NCBI RefSeq assembly: GCF_009914755.1
Contig: NC_060944.1
DNA: 64,000 nt
Origin: the human T2T-CHM13v2.0 reference genome, Homo sapiens
Reading direction: 5' to 3' (one strand)
Below are positions 51,401 through 64,000 of this stretch, piece by piece. The translations under genes and the position numbers were made by a program. The notes beneath the pieces were generated by a model, which had not been told where the DNA came from, did not search any database, and worked only from the letters and a program-made list of their open reading frames with translations. Positions within the stretch are counted from its first letter, which is position 1. Each line of letters starts with the position of its first letter.

Positions 51401-54400
51401 AGTGTTTCAAAACTGCTCTATCAAAAAAAAAGGTTCAACTCTGTGAGTTGAATGCACACATCACAACGAAGTTTCTGAGAATGCTTCTGCTCTAGTTTTT
51501 TTTGTGAAGGTGTTTCCTTTTCCACCATAGGCCTCAAAGCGCTCCAAATATCCACTTTCAGATTAATGAAAAAGACTGTTTTAAAACTCCTCTATCAACA
51601 AAAGTGTTCAACTCTGTGAGTTGAATGCACTCATCACAAAGATATTTCTGAGAATGCTTCCGCCTAGTTTTTATGTGTAGGTATTTCCTTTTCCACCATA
51701 GGCCTCAAAGCACTCCAAATATCCACTTTCAGATTCTAGAAAAAGAGTGATTTAAAACTGCTCTCTCCACAGAAAGGTTCGACTCTGTGAGTTGAATGCA
51801 CTTATCACAAAGAAGTTTCTGAGAATGCTTCTGTCTAGTTTTTATGTGAAGATATTTCCTTTTACACCATAGGCCTCAAACTGCTCCAAATATCCACTTG
51901 TGGATTCTACAAAAACACTTTTTCATAACTGCTCAATCAAAGGAAAGGTTCAACTCTGTGAGCTGAATGCACACAACACAAACAAGTTTCTGAGAATGCT
52001 GCTGTCTAGATTTTATGTGCGGATATTTCGTTTTTCACCATAGGCATCAAAGCGCTCCAAATATCCAACCGCAGATTGTACAAAAATAGTGTTTCAAAAC
52101 TGCTCTATCAAATAAAAAGATTCAACTCTGTGAGTTGAATGCACACATCACAAAGAAGTTTCTGAGAATGCTTCTGCTCTAGTTTTTTTTGTGAAGGTGT
52201 TTCCTTTTCCACCATAGGCCTCAAAGCGCTCCAAATATCCACTTTCAGATTCCTGAAAAAGAGTGTTTTAAAACTGCTCTATCAACATAAGTGTTCAACT
52301 CTGTGAGTTGAATGCACTCATCGCAAAGATATTTCTGAGAATGCTTCCGCCTAGTTTTTATGTGTAGGTATTTCCTTTTCCACCATAGGCCTCAAAGCAC
52401 TCCAAATATCCACTTTCAGATTCTAGAAAAAGAGTGATTTAAAACTGCTCTATCCACAGAAAGGTTCAACACTGTGAGTTGAATGCACTTATCACAAAGA
52501 AGTTTCTGAGAATGCTTCTGTCTAGTTTTTATGTGAAGATATTTCCTTTTCCACCATAAGCCTCAAAGCGCTCCAAATATCTACTTACAGATTCTACAAA
52601 AAGAGTTTCAAAACTGCTCTACAAAAGAAAGGTTCAACTCTCTGAGTTGAATTCACACATCACAAAGAAGATTCTGAGAATGCTTCTGCTCTAGTTTTTT
52701 TTGTGAAGGTGTTTCCTTTTCCACCATAGGCCTCAAAGCGCTCCAAATATCCACTTGCAGATTCTTCAGAAAGAGTGTTTCAAAACTGCTCAATCATAGG
52801 AAAAGTTCAACTCTGTGAGTTGAATGCACACAACACAAGAAGTTTCTGAGAATGCTTCTGTCTAGTTTTTATGTGAAGATATTTCCTTTTACACCATAGG
52901 CCTCAAACTGCTCCAAATATCCACTTGTGGATTCTACAAAAAGACTTTTTCAAAACTGCTCAATCAAAGGAAAGGTTCAACTCTGTGAGCTGAATGCACA
53001 CAACACAAACAAGTTTCTGAGAATGTTGCTGTCCAGATTTTATGTGCGGATATTTTGTTTTCCACCATAGGCATCAAAGCGCTCCAAATATCCAAACGCA
53101 GATTGTACAAAAATAGTGTTTCAAAACTGCTCTATCAAATAAAATGGTTCAACTCTGTGAGTTGAATGCACACAATACAAGAAGTTTCTGAGAATGCTTC
53201 TGTCTAGTTTTTATGTGAAGATATTTCCTTTTACACCATAGGCCTCAAACAGCTCCAAATATCCACTTGTGGATTCTACAAAAAGTCTTCTTCAAAACTG
53301 CTCAATCAAAGGAAAGGTTCAACTCTGTGAGCTGAATGCACACAACACAAACAAGTTTCTGAGAATGCTGCTGTCTAGATTTTATGTCCGGACATTTCGT
53401 TTTCCACCATAGGCATCAAAGCGCTCCAAATATCCAACCGCAGATTGTACAAAAATAGTGTTTGAAAACTGCTCTATCAAAAAAAAATGGTTCAACTCTG
53501 TGAGTTGAATGCACACATCACAAAGAAGTTTCTGAGAATGCTTCTGCTCTAGTTTTTTTTGTGAAGGAGTTTCCTTTTCCACCATAGGCCTCAAAGCGCT
53601 CCAAATATCCACTTTCAGATTACCGAAAAGGAGTGTTTTAAAACTCCTCTATCAACATAAATGTTCAACTCTGTGAGTTGAATTCACTCATCACAAAGAT
53701 ATTTCTGAGAATGCTTCTGCCTAGTTTTTATGTGTAGGTATTTCCTTTTCCACCATAGGCCTCAAAGCACTCCAAATATCTACTTTCTGATCCTAGAAAA
53801 AGAGTGATTTAAAACTGCTCTATCCACAGAAAGGTTCGACTCTGTGAGTTGAATGCACTTATCACAAAGAAGTTTCTGAGAATGCTTCTGTCTAGTTTTT
53901 ATGTGAAGATATTTCCTTTTCCACCATAAGCCTCAAAGCACTCCAAATATCCACTTTCAGATTCTAGAAAAAGAGTGATTTAAAACTGCTCTATCAACAG
54001 AAAGGTTCGACTCTGTGAGTTGAATGCACTTATCACATAGAAGTTTCAGAGAATGCTTCTGTCTAGTTTTTATGTGAAGATATTTCCTTTTACACAATAG
54101 GCCTCAAACCGCTCCAAATATCAACTTGCAGATTCTGCAAAAAGACTTTTTCAAAACTGCTCAATCAAAGGAAAGGTCAACTCTGTGAGTTGAATGCACA
54201 CAACACAAACAAGTTTCTGAGAATGCTGCTGTCTAGTTTTTATGGGCGGATATTTCCTTTTCCACCATAGGCATCAAAGCGCTCCAAATATCCAACTGCA
54301 GATTCTACAAAAAGAGTGTTTCAAAACTGCTCTATCAAAGAAAGGTTCAACTCTGTGAGTTGAATGCACACATCACAAAGACGTTTCTGAGAATGCTTCT

Positions 54401-57400
54401 GCTCTAGTTTTTTTGTGAAGGTGTTTCCTTTTCCACCATAGGCCTCAAAGCGCTCCAAATATCCACTTGTATATTCTTCAGAAAGAGTGTTTCAAAACTG
54501 ATCAATCATAGGAAAAGTTCAACTCTGTGAGTTGAATGCACACAACACAAAGAAGTTTCTGAGAATGCTTCTGTCTAGTTTTTATGTGAAGATATTTCCT
54601 TTTACACCATAGGCCTCAAACAGCTCCAAATATCCACTTGTGGATTCTACAAAAAGACTTTTTCAAAACTGCTCAATCAAAGGAAAGGTTCAACTCTGTG
54701 AGCTGAATGCACACAACACAAACAAGTTTCTGAGAATGCTGCTGTCTAGATTTTATGTCCGGATATTTCGTTTTCCACCATAGGCATCAAAGCGCTCCAA
54801 ATATCCAACCGCAGATTGTACAAAAATAGTGTTTCAAAACTGCTCTATCAAAAAAAAAGGTTCAACTCTGTGAGTTGAATGCACACATCACAAAGAAGTT
54901 TCTGAGAATGCTTCTGCTCTAGTTTTTTTTGTGAATGTGTTTCCTTTTCCACCATAGGCCTCAAAGCGCTCCAAATATCCACTTTCAGATTCCTGAAAAG
55001 GAGTGTTTTAAAACTCCTCTATCAACATGGGTGTTCAACTCTGTGAGTTGAATGCACTCATCACAAAGATATTTCTGAGAATGCTTCCGCCTAGTTTTTA
55101 TGTGTAGGTATTTCCTTTTCCACCATAGGCCTCAAAGCACTCCAAATATCCACTTTCAGATTCTAGAAAAAGTGTGATTTAAAACTGCTCTATCAACAGA
55201 AAGGTTCGACTCTGTGAGTTGAATGCACTTATCACAAAGAAGTTTCTGAGAATGCTTCTGTCTAGTTTTTATGTGAAGATATTTCCTTTTCCACCATAAG
55301 CCTCAAAGCGCTCCAAATATCTACTTACAGATTCTACAAAAAGAGTTTCAAAACTGCTCTACAAAAGAAAGGTTCAACTCTGTGAGTTGAATTCACACAT
55401 CACAAAGAAGTTTCAGAGAATGCTTCTGTCTAGTATTTATGTGAAGATATTTCCTTTTACACCATAGGACACAAACCGCTCCAAATATCCACTTGCAGAT
55501 TCTGCAAAAAGACTTTTTCAAAACTGCTCAATCAAAGGAAAGGTCAACTCTGTGAGTTGAATGCACACAACACAAACAAGTTTCTGAGAATGCTGCTGTC
55601 TAGTTTTTATGGGCGGATATTTCCTTTTCCACCATAGGCATCAAAGCGCTCCAAATATCCAACTGCAGATTCTACAAAAAGAGTGTTTCAAAACTGCTCT
55701 ATCAAAGAAAGGTTCAACTCTGTGAGTTGAATGCACACATCACAAAGACGTTTCTGAGAATGCTTCTGCTCTAGTTTTTTTGTGAAGGTGTTTCCTTTTC
55801 CACCAAAGGCCTCAAAGCGCTCCAAATATCCACTTGCAGATTCTTCAGAAAGAGTGTTTCAAAACTGCTCAATCATAGGAAAAGTTCAACTCTGTGAGTT
55901 GAATGCACACAACACAAAGAAGTTTCTGAGAATGCTTCTGTCTAGTTTTTATGTGTAGATATTTCCTTTTACACCATAGGCCTCAAACTGCTCCAAATAT
56001 CCACTTGTGGATTCTACAAAAAGACTTTTTCAAAACTGCTCAATCAAAGGAAAGGTTCAACTCTGTGAGCTGAATGCACACAACACAAACAAGTTTCTGA
56101 GAATGCTGCTGTCTAGATTTTATGTGCGGATATTTCGTTTTCCACCATAGGCATCAAAGCGCTCCAAATATCCAACCGCAGATTGTACAAAAATAGTGTT
56201 TCAAAACTGCTCTGTCAAATAAAAAGGTTCAGCCCTGTGAGTTGAATGCACACATCACAAAGAAGTTTCTGAGAATGCTTCTGCTCTAGTTTTTTTTGTG
56301 AAGGTGTTTCCTTTTCCACCATAGGCCTCAAAGCGCTCCAAATATCCAGTTTCATATTCCTGAAAAAGAGTGTTTTAAAACTTCTCTATCAACATAAATG
56401 TTCAACTCTGTGAGTTGAATGCACTCATCACAAAGATATTTCTGAGAATGCTTCCGCATAGTTTTTATGTGTAGGTATTTCCTTTTCCACCATAGGCCTC
56501 AAAGCACTCCAAATATCCACTTTTAGATTCTAGAAAAAGAGTGATTTAAAACTGCTCTATCAACAGAAAGGTTCGACTCTGTGAGTTGAATGCACTTATC
56601 ACAAAGAAGTTTCTGAGAATGCTTCTGTCTAGTTTTTATGTGAAGATATTTCCTTTTACACCATAGGACTCAAACAGCTCTAAATATCCACTTGTGGATT
56701 CTACAAAAAGACTTTTTCAAAACTGCTCAATCAAAGGAAAGGTTCAACTCTGTGAGTTGAATGCACACAACACAAACAAGTTTCTGAGAATGCTGCTGTG
56801 TAGATTTTATGTGCGGATATATCGTTTTCCACCATAGGCATCAAAGCGCTCCAAATATCCAACCGCAGATTATACAAAAATAGTGGTTCAAAACTGCTCT
56901 ATCAACAAAAAAGTTTCAACTCTGTGAGTTGAATGCACACATCACAAAGAAGTTTCTGAGAATGCTTCTGCTCTAGTTTTTTTTGTGAAGGTGTTTCCTT
57001 TTCCACCATATGCCTCAAAGCACTCCAAATATCCACTTTCAGATTCTAGAAAAAGAGTGATTTAAAACTGCTCTATCAACAGAAAGGTTCGACTCTGTGA
57101 GTTGAATGCACTTATCACAAAGAAGTTTCAGAGAATGCTTCTGTCTAGTTTTTATGTGAAGATATTTCCTTTTACACAATAGGCCTCAAACCGCTCCAAA
57201 TATCTACTTGCAGATTCTGCAAAAAGACTTTTTCAAAACTGCTCAATCAAAGGAAAGGTCAACTCTGTGAGTTGAATGCACACAACACAAACAAGTTTCT
57301 GAGAATGCTGCTGTCTAATTTTTATGGGCGGATATTTCCTTTTCCACCATAGGCATCAAAGCGCTCCAAATATCCAACTGCAGATTCTACAAAAAGAGTG

Positions 57401-60100
57401 TTTCAAAACTGCTCTATCAAAGAAAGGTTCAACTCTGTGAGTTGAATGCACATATCACAAAGACGTTTCTGAGAATGCTTCTGCTCTAGTTTTTTTGTGA
57501 AGGTGTTTCCTTTTCCACCATAGACCTCAAAGCGCTCCAAATATCCACTTGCAGATACTTCAGAAAGAGTGTTTCAAAACTGCTCAATCATAGGAAAATT
57601 TCAACTCTGTGAGTTGAATGCACACAACACAAAGAAGTTTCTGAGAATGCTTCTGTCTAGTTTTTATGTGAAGATATTTCCTTTTACATCATAGGCCTCA
57701 AACTGCTCCAAATATCCACTTGTGGAATCTACAAAAAGACTTTTTCAAAACTGCTCAATCAAAGGAAAGGTTCAACTCTGTGAGTTGAATGCACACAACA
57801 CAAACAAGTTTCTGAGAATGCTGCTGTCTAGATTTTATTTTCGGATATTTCGTTTTCCACCATAGGCATCAAAGCGCTCCAAATATCCAACCGCAGATTG
57901 TACAAAAATACTGTTTCAAAACTGCTATATCAAAAAAAAAGGTTCAACTCTGTGAGTTGAATGCACACATCACAAAGAAGTTTCTGAGAATGCTTCTGCT
58001 CTAGTTTTTTTTGTGAAGGTGTTTCCTTTTAAACCATAGGCCTCAAAGCGCTCCAAATATCCACTTTCAGATTCCTGAAGAAGAGTGTTTTAAAACTCCT
58101 CTATCAACATAAGTGTTCAACTCTGTGAGTTGAATGCACTCATCACAAAGATATTTCTGAGAATGCTTCCGCATAGTTTTTATGCGTAGGTATTTCCTTT
58201 TCCACCATAGGCCTCAAAGCTCTCCAAATATCCACTTTCAGATTCTAGAAAAAGAGTGATTTAAAACTGCTCTATCAACAGAAAGGTTCGACTCTGTGAG
58301 TTGAATGCACTTATCACAAAGAAGTTTCTGAGAATGCTTCTGTCTAGTTTTTATGTGAAGATATTTCCTTTTCCACCATAAGCCTCAAAGCGCTCCAAAT
58401 ATCTACTTACAGATTCTACAAAAAGAGTTTCAAAACTGCTCTACAAAAGAAAGGTTCAACTCTGTGAGTTGAATTCACACATCACAAAGAAGTTTCAGAG
58501 AATGCTTCTGTCTATTTTTTATGTGCGGATATTTCCTTTTCCTCCATAGACCTTAAACCGCTCCAAATATCCACTTGCAGATTCTGCAAAAAGACTTTTT
58601 CAAAACTGCTCAAAGGAAAGCTCAACTCTGTGAGATGAATGCACACAACACAAACAAGTTTCTGAGAATGCTGCTGTCTAGTTTTTATGTGCGGATATTT
58701 CCTTTTCCAACATAGGCATCAAAGCGCTCCAAATATCCAACTGCATATTCTACAAAAAGAGTGTTTCAAAACTGCTCTATCAAAGAATGTTTCAACTCTG
58801 TGAGTTGAATGCACACATCACAAAGACGTTTCTGAGAATGCTTCTGCTCTAGTTTTTTTGTGAAGGTGTTTCCTTTTCCACCATAGGCCTCAAACTGCTC
58901 CAAATATCCACTTGTGGATTCTTCAGAAAGAGTGTTTCAAAACTGCTCAATCATAGGAAAAGTTCAACTCTGTGAGTTGAATGCACACAACACAAAGAAG
59001 TTTCTGAGAATGCTGCTGTCTAGTTTTTATGTGAAGATATTTCCTTTTACACCATAGGCCTCAAACTGCTCCAAATATCCACTTGTGCATTCTACAAAAA
59101 GACTTTTTCAAAACTGCTCAATCAAAGGAAAGGTTCAACTCTGTGAGCTGAATGCACACAACACAAACAAGTTTCTGAGAATGCTGCTGTCTAGATTTTA
59201 TGTGCGGATATTTCATTTTCCACCATATGCATCAAAGCGCTCCAAATATCCAACCGCAGATTGTACAAAAATAGTGTTTCAAAACTGCTCTGTCAAATAA
59301 AAAGATTCAACACTGTGAGTTGAATGCACACATCACAAAGAAGTTTCTGAGAATGCTTCTGCTCTAGTTTTTTTTGTGAAGGTGTTTCCTTTTCCACCAT
59401 AGGCCTCAAAGCGCTCCAAATATCCAGTTTCATATTCCTGAAAAAGAGTGTTTTAAAACTCCTCTATCAAGATAAATGTTCAACTCTGTGAGTTGAATGC
59501 ACTCATCACAAAGATATTTCTGAGAATGCTTCCGCATAGTTTTTATGCGTAGGTATTTCCTTTTCCACCATAGGCCTCAAAGCTCTCCAAATATCCACTT
59601 TCAGATTCTAGAAAAAGAGTGATTTAAAACTGCTCTATCAACAGAAAGGTTCGACTCTGTGAGTTGAATGCACTTATCACAAAGAAGTTTCTGAGAATGC
59701 TTCTGTCTAGTTTTTATGTGAAGATATTTCCTTTTCCACCATAAGCCTCAAAGCGCTCCAAATATCTACTTACAGATTCTACAAAAAGAGTTTCAAAACT
59801 GCTCTACAAAAGAAAGGTTCAACTCTGTGAGTTGAATTCACACATCACAAAGAAGTTTCAGAGAATGCTTCTGTCTAGTTTTTATGTGAAGATATTTCCT
59901 TTTACACCATAGGCCTCAAACCGCCCCAAATATCCACTTGCAGATTTTGCAAAAAGACTTTTTCAAAACTGCTCAATCAAAGGAAAGCTCAACTCTGTGA
60001 GTTGAATGCACACAACACAAACAAGTTTCTGAGAATGCTGCTGTCCAGTTTTTATGGGCGGATATTTCCTTTTCCACCATAGGCATCAAAGCGCTCCAAA
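48500..60100 (-). repeat. More diverged and rearranged HOR domain
   Basis: Many apparently singleton substitutions plus hybrids H/B (~49780), F/B (51775, 56569), G/A (~52660), BCBC (~52800-53490), F/E (~53930), F/G (54003, 57085) and D/E (~57010). Confidence 0.75.
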
Positions 60101-61521
60101 TATCCAACTGCAGATTCTACAAAAAGAGTGTTTCAAAACTGCTCTATCAAAGAAAGGTTCAACTCTGTGAGTTGAATGCACACATCACAAAGACGTTTCT
60201 GAGAATGCTTCTGCTCTAGTTTTTTTGTGAAGGAGTTTCTTTTTCCACCATAGGCCTCAAAGCGCTCCAAATATCCACTTGCAGATTCTTCAGAAAGAGT
60301 GTTTCAAAACTGCTCAATCATAGGAAAAGTTCAACTCTGTGAGTTGAATGCACACAACACAAAGAAGTTTCTGAGAATGCTTCTGTCTAGTTTTTATGTG
60401 AAGATATTTCCTTTTACACCATAGGCCTCAAACTGCTCCAAATATCCACTTGTGGATTCTACAAAAACACTATTTCAAAACTGCTCAGTCAAAGGAAAGG
60501 TTCAACTCTGTGAGCTGAATGCACACAACACAAACAAGTTTCTGAGAATGCTGCTGTCTAGATTTTATGTGCGGATATTTCGTTTTCCACCATAGGCATC
60601 AAAGCGCTCAAAATATCCAACCGCAGATTGTACAAAAATAGTGTTTCAAAACTGCTCTATCAAATAAAAAGGTTCAACTCTGTGAGTTGAATGCACACAT
60701 CACAACGAAGTTTCTGAGAATGCTTCTGCTCTAGTTTTTTTTGTGAAGGTGTTTCCTTTTCCACCATAGGCCTCAAAGCGCTCCAAATATCCACTTTCAG
60801 ATTCCTGAAAAAGAGTGTTTTAAAACTCCTCTATCAACATAAGTGTTCAACTCTGTGAGTTGAATGCACTCATCACAAAGATACTTCTGAGAATGCTTAC
60901 GCCTAGTTTTTATGTGTAGGTATTTCCTTTTCCACCATAGGCCTCAAAGCACTCCAAATATCCACTTTCAGATTCTAGAAAAAGAGTGATTTAAAACTGC
61001 TCTATCAACAGAAAGGTTCGACTCTGTGAGTTGAATGCACTTATCACAAAGAAGTTTCTGAGAATGCTTCTGTCTAGTTTTTATGTGAAGATATTTCCTT
61101 TTCCAACATAAGCCTCAAAGCGCTCCAAATATCTACTTACAGATTCTACAAAAAGAGTTTCAAAACTGCTCTACAAAAGAAAGGTTCAACTCTGTGAGTT
61201 GAATTCACACATCACAAAGAAGTTTCAGAGAATGCTTCTGTCTAGTTTTTATGTGAAGATATTTCCTTTTACACCATAGGCCTCAAACCGCTCCAAATAT
61301 CCACTTGCAGATTCTGCAAAAAGACTTTTTCAAAGCTGCTCAATCAAAGGAAAGCTCAACTCTGTGAGTTGAATGCACAGAACACAAACAAGTTTGTGAG
61401 AATGCTGCTGTCTAGTTTTTATGGGCGGATATTTCCTTTTCCACCATAGGCATCAAAGCGCTCCAAATATCCAACTGCAGATTCTACAAAAAGAGTGTTT
61501 CAAAACTGCTCTATCAAAGAA

Positions 61522-62372
61522 AGGTTCAACTCTGTGAGTTGAATGCACACATCACAAAGACGTTTCTGAGAATGCTTCTGCTCTAGTTTTTTTTGTGAAG
61601 GTGTTTCCTTTTCCACCATAGGCCTCAAAGCGCTCCAAATATCCACTTTCAGATTCCTGAAAAAGAGTGTTTTAAAACTCCTCTATCAACATAAGTGTTC
61701 AACTCTGTGAGTTGAATGCACTCATCACAAAGATACTTCTGAGAATGCTTACGCCTAGTTTTATGTGTAGGTATTACCTTTTCCACCATAGGCCTCAAAG
61801 CACTCCAAATATCCACTTTCAGATTCTAGAAAAAGAGTGATTTAAAACTGCTCTATCAACAGAAAGGTTCGACTCTGTGAGTTGAATGCACTTATCACAA
61901 AGAAGTTTCTGAGAATGCTTCTGTCTAGTTTTCATGTGAAGATATTTCCTTTTCCAACATAAGCCTCAAAGCGCTCCAAATATCTACTTACAGATTCTAC
62001 AAAAAGAGTTTCAAAACTGCTCTACAAAAGAAAGGTTCAACTCTGTGAGTTGAATTCACACATCACAAAGAAGTTTCAGAGAATGCTTCTGTCTAGTTTT
62101 TATGTGAAGATATTTCCTTTTACACCATAGGCCTCAAACCGCTCCAAATATCCACTTGCAGATTCTGCAAAAAGACTTTTTCAAAACTGCTCAATCAAAG
62201 GAAAGCTCAACACTGTGAGTTGAATGCACACAACACAAACAAGTTTCTGAGAATGCTGCTGTCTAGTTTTTATGTGCGGATATTTCCTTTTCCAACATAG
62301 GCATCAAAGCGCTCCAAATATCCAACTGCAGATTCTACAAAAAGAGTGTTTCAAAACTGCTCTATCAAAGAA
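61522..62372 (-). repeat. 5-mer HOR variant (A/D E F G H)
   Basis: A head (ACAAAGACGTTTC) with D tail (CACTTTCAGATTCCTGAAAAAG) followed by E; B and C absent. Confidence 0.85.
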
Positions 62373-64000
62373 AGGTTCAACTCTGTGAGTTGAATGCACA
62401 CATCACAAAGACGTTTCTGAGAATGCTTCTGCTCTAGTTTTTTTGTGAAGGTGTTTCCTTTTTCACCGTAGGCCTCAAAGCGCTCCAAATATCCACTTGC
62501 AGATTCTTCAGAAAGAGTGTTTCAAAACTGCTCAATCTTAGGAAAAGTTCAACTCTGTGAGTTGAATGCACACAACACAAAGAAGTTTCTGAGAATGCTT
62601 CTGTCTAGTTTTTATGTGAAGATATTTCCTTTTACACCATAGGCCTCAAACTGCTCCAAATATCCACTTGTGGATTCTACAAAAAGACTATTTCAAAACT
62701 GCTCAATCAAAGGAAAGGTTCAACTCTGTGAGCTGAATGCACACAACACAAACAAGTTTCTGAGAATGCTGCTGTCTAGATTTTATGTGCGGATATTTCG
62801 TTTTCCACCATAGGCATCAAAGCGCTCCAAATATCCAACCGCAGATTGTACAAAAATAGTGTTTCAACACTGCTCTATCCAATAAAAAGGTTCAACTCTG
62901 TGAGTTGAATGCACACATCACAACGAAGTTTCTGAGAATGCTTCTGCTCTAGTTTTTTTTGTGAAGGTGTTTCCTTTTCCACCATAGGCCTCAAAGCGCT
63001 CCAAATATCCACTTTCAGATTCCTGAAAAAGAGTGTTTTAAAACTCCTCTATCAACATAAGTGTTGAACTCTGTGAGTTGAATGCACTCATCACAAAGAT
63101 ACTTCTGAGAATGCTTACGCCTAGTTTTTATGTGTAGGTATTTCCTTTTCCACCATAGGCCTCAAAGCACTCCAAATATCCACTTTCAGATTCTAGAAAA
63201 AGAGTGATTTAAAACTGCTGTATCCACAGAAAGGTTCGACTCTGTGAGTTGAATGCACTTATCACAAAGAAGTTTCTGAGAATGCTTCTGTCTAGTTTTT
63301 ATGTGAAGATATTTCCTTTTCCACCATAAGCCTCAAAGCACTCCAAATATCTACTTACAGATTCTACAAAAAGAGTTTCAAAACTGCTCTACAAAGGAAA
63401 GGTTCAACTCTGTGAGTTGAATTCACACATCACAAAGAAGTTTCAGAGAATGCTTCTGTCTAGTTTTTATGTGAAGATATTTCCTTTTACACCATAGGCC
63501 TCAAACCGCTCCAAATATCCACTTGCAGATTCTGCAAAAAGACATTTTCAAAACTGCTCAATCAAAGGAAAGCTCAACTCTGTGAGTTGAATGCACACAA
63601 CACAAACAAGTTTCTGAGAATGCTGCTGTCTAGTTTTTATGGGCGGATATTTCCTTTTCCACCATATGCATCAAAGCGCTCCAAATATCCAACTGCAGAT
63701 TCTACAAAAAGAGTGTTTCAAAACTGCTCTATCAAAGAAAGGTTCAACTCTGTGAGTTGAATGCACACATCACAAAGACGTTTCTGAGAATGCTTCTGCT
63801 CTAGTTTTTTTGTGAAGGTGTTTCCTTTTCCACCATAGGCCTCAAAGCGCTCCAAATATCCACTTGCAGATTCTTCAGAAAGAGTGTTTCAAAACTGCTC
63901 AATCATAGGAAAAGTTCAACTCTGTGAGTTGAATGCACACACCACAAAGAAGTTTCTGAGAATGCTTCTGTCTAGTTTTTATGTGAAGATATTTCCTTTT

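Larger units (their letters stand above)
1..64000 (-). repeat. Alpha satellite (ALR/Alpha) tandem array, 8-mer HOR (~1367 bp) with structural variants; continues beyond both window ends
   Basis: Continuous ~171-bp units containing TTCAACTCTGTGAGTTGAATGCAC, TTTCTGAGAATGCT and CTCCAAATATCCAC, the reverse complement of the alphoid consensus. Monomer A (ACAAAGACGTTTCTGAG...ATTCTTCAGAAAG) recurs at 1, 1368 and 2735, and at 13834, 15201, 16568 and 17935, giving a 1367-bp period. No non-alphoid interruption or strand switch seen. Confidence 0.99.

Noticed and set aside
1176-59300. Thirteen 61-98 aa ORFs in the ORF track (e.g. ...KVQLCELNAHNTNKFLRMLLS...)
   Set aside because: They are chance open frames across one or two alphoid monomers, created by single stop-removing variants. 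They are near-identical repeats with no domain, gene context or splice structure, and most start at GTG/TTG.
1-64000. CRISPR-like look of regularly spaced conserved palindromic words
   Set aside because: The intervening sequences are not unique spacers; they are homologous monomer parts with 171/1367-bp periodicity, and there are no cas genes.
1-64000. Possible L1/Alu insertion or inversion within the array
   Set aside because: No non-alphoid sequence and no CATTCTCAGAAA on the + strand were seen while reading the window.

Overview
The whole 64 kb is one uninterrupted, single-orientation array of primate (human-like) alpha satellite (~171-bp monomers; the + strand is the reverse complement of the usual CATTCTCAGAAAC... 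orientation). It is organised as an 8-monomer higher-order repeat (HOR) of 1367 bp, with monomers labelled A-H from base 1. Every monomer type carries the A-type/pJalpha box (TTCCTTTTCCACCATAG-like) and I saw no CENP-B box, which suggests an SF4-like, probably non-kinetochore HOR. I see no genes, transposon insertions or RNA genes; all ORFs are translations of the satellite. I found no new gene-based system. The notable content is structural: the 8-mer looks like a 5-mer plus a duplicated trimer (GHA~BCD); there are many recurrent hybrid-monomer HOR variants (4-, 5-, 7-, 9- and 11-mers); there are nested super-HOR duplications (periods ~2.2, ~3.6 and 8.7 kb); and there are haplotype domains with displaced islands. 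Monomer parsing was done by eye from diagnostic words, so breakpoints are approximate.
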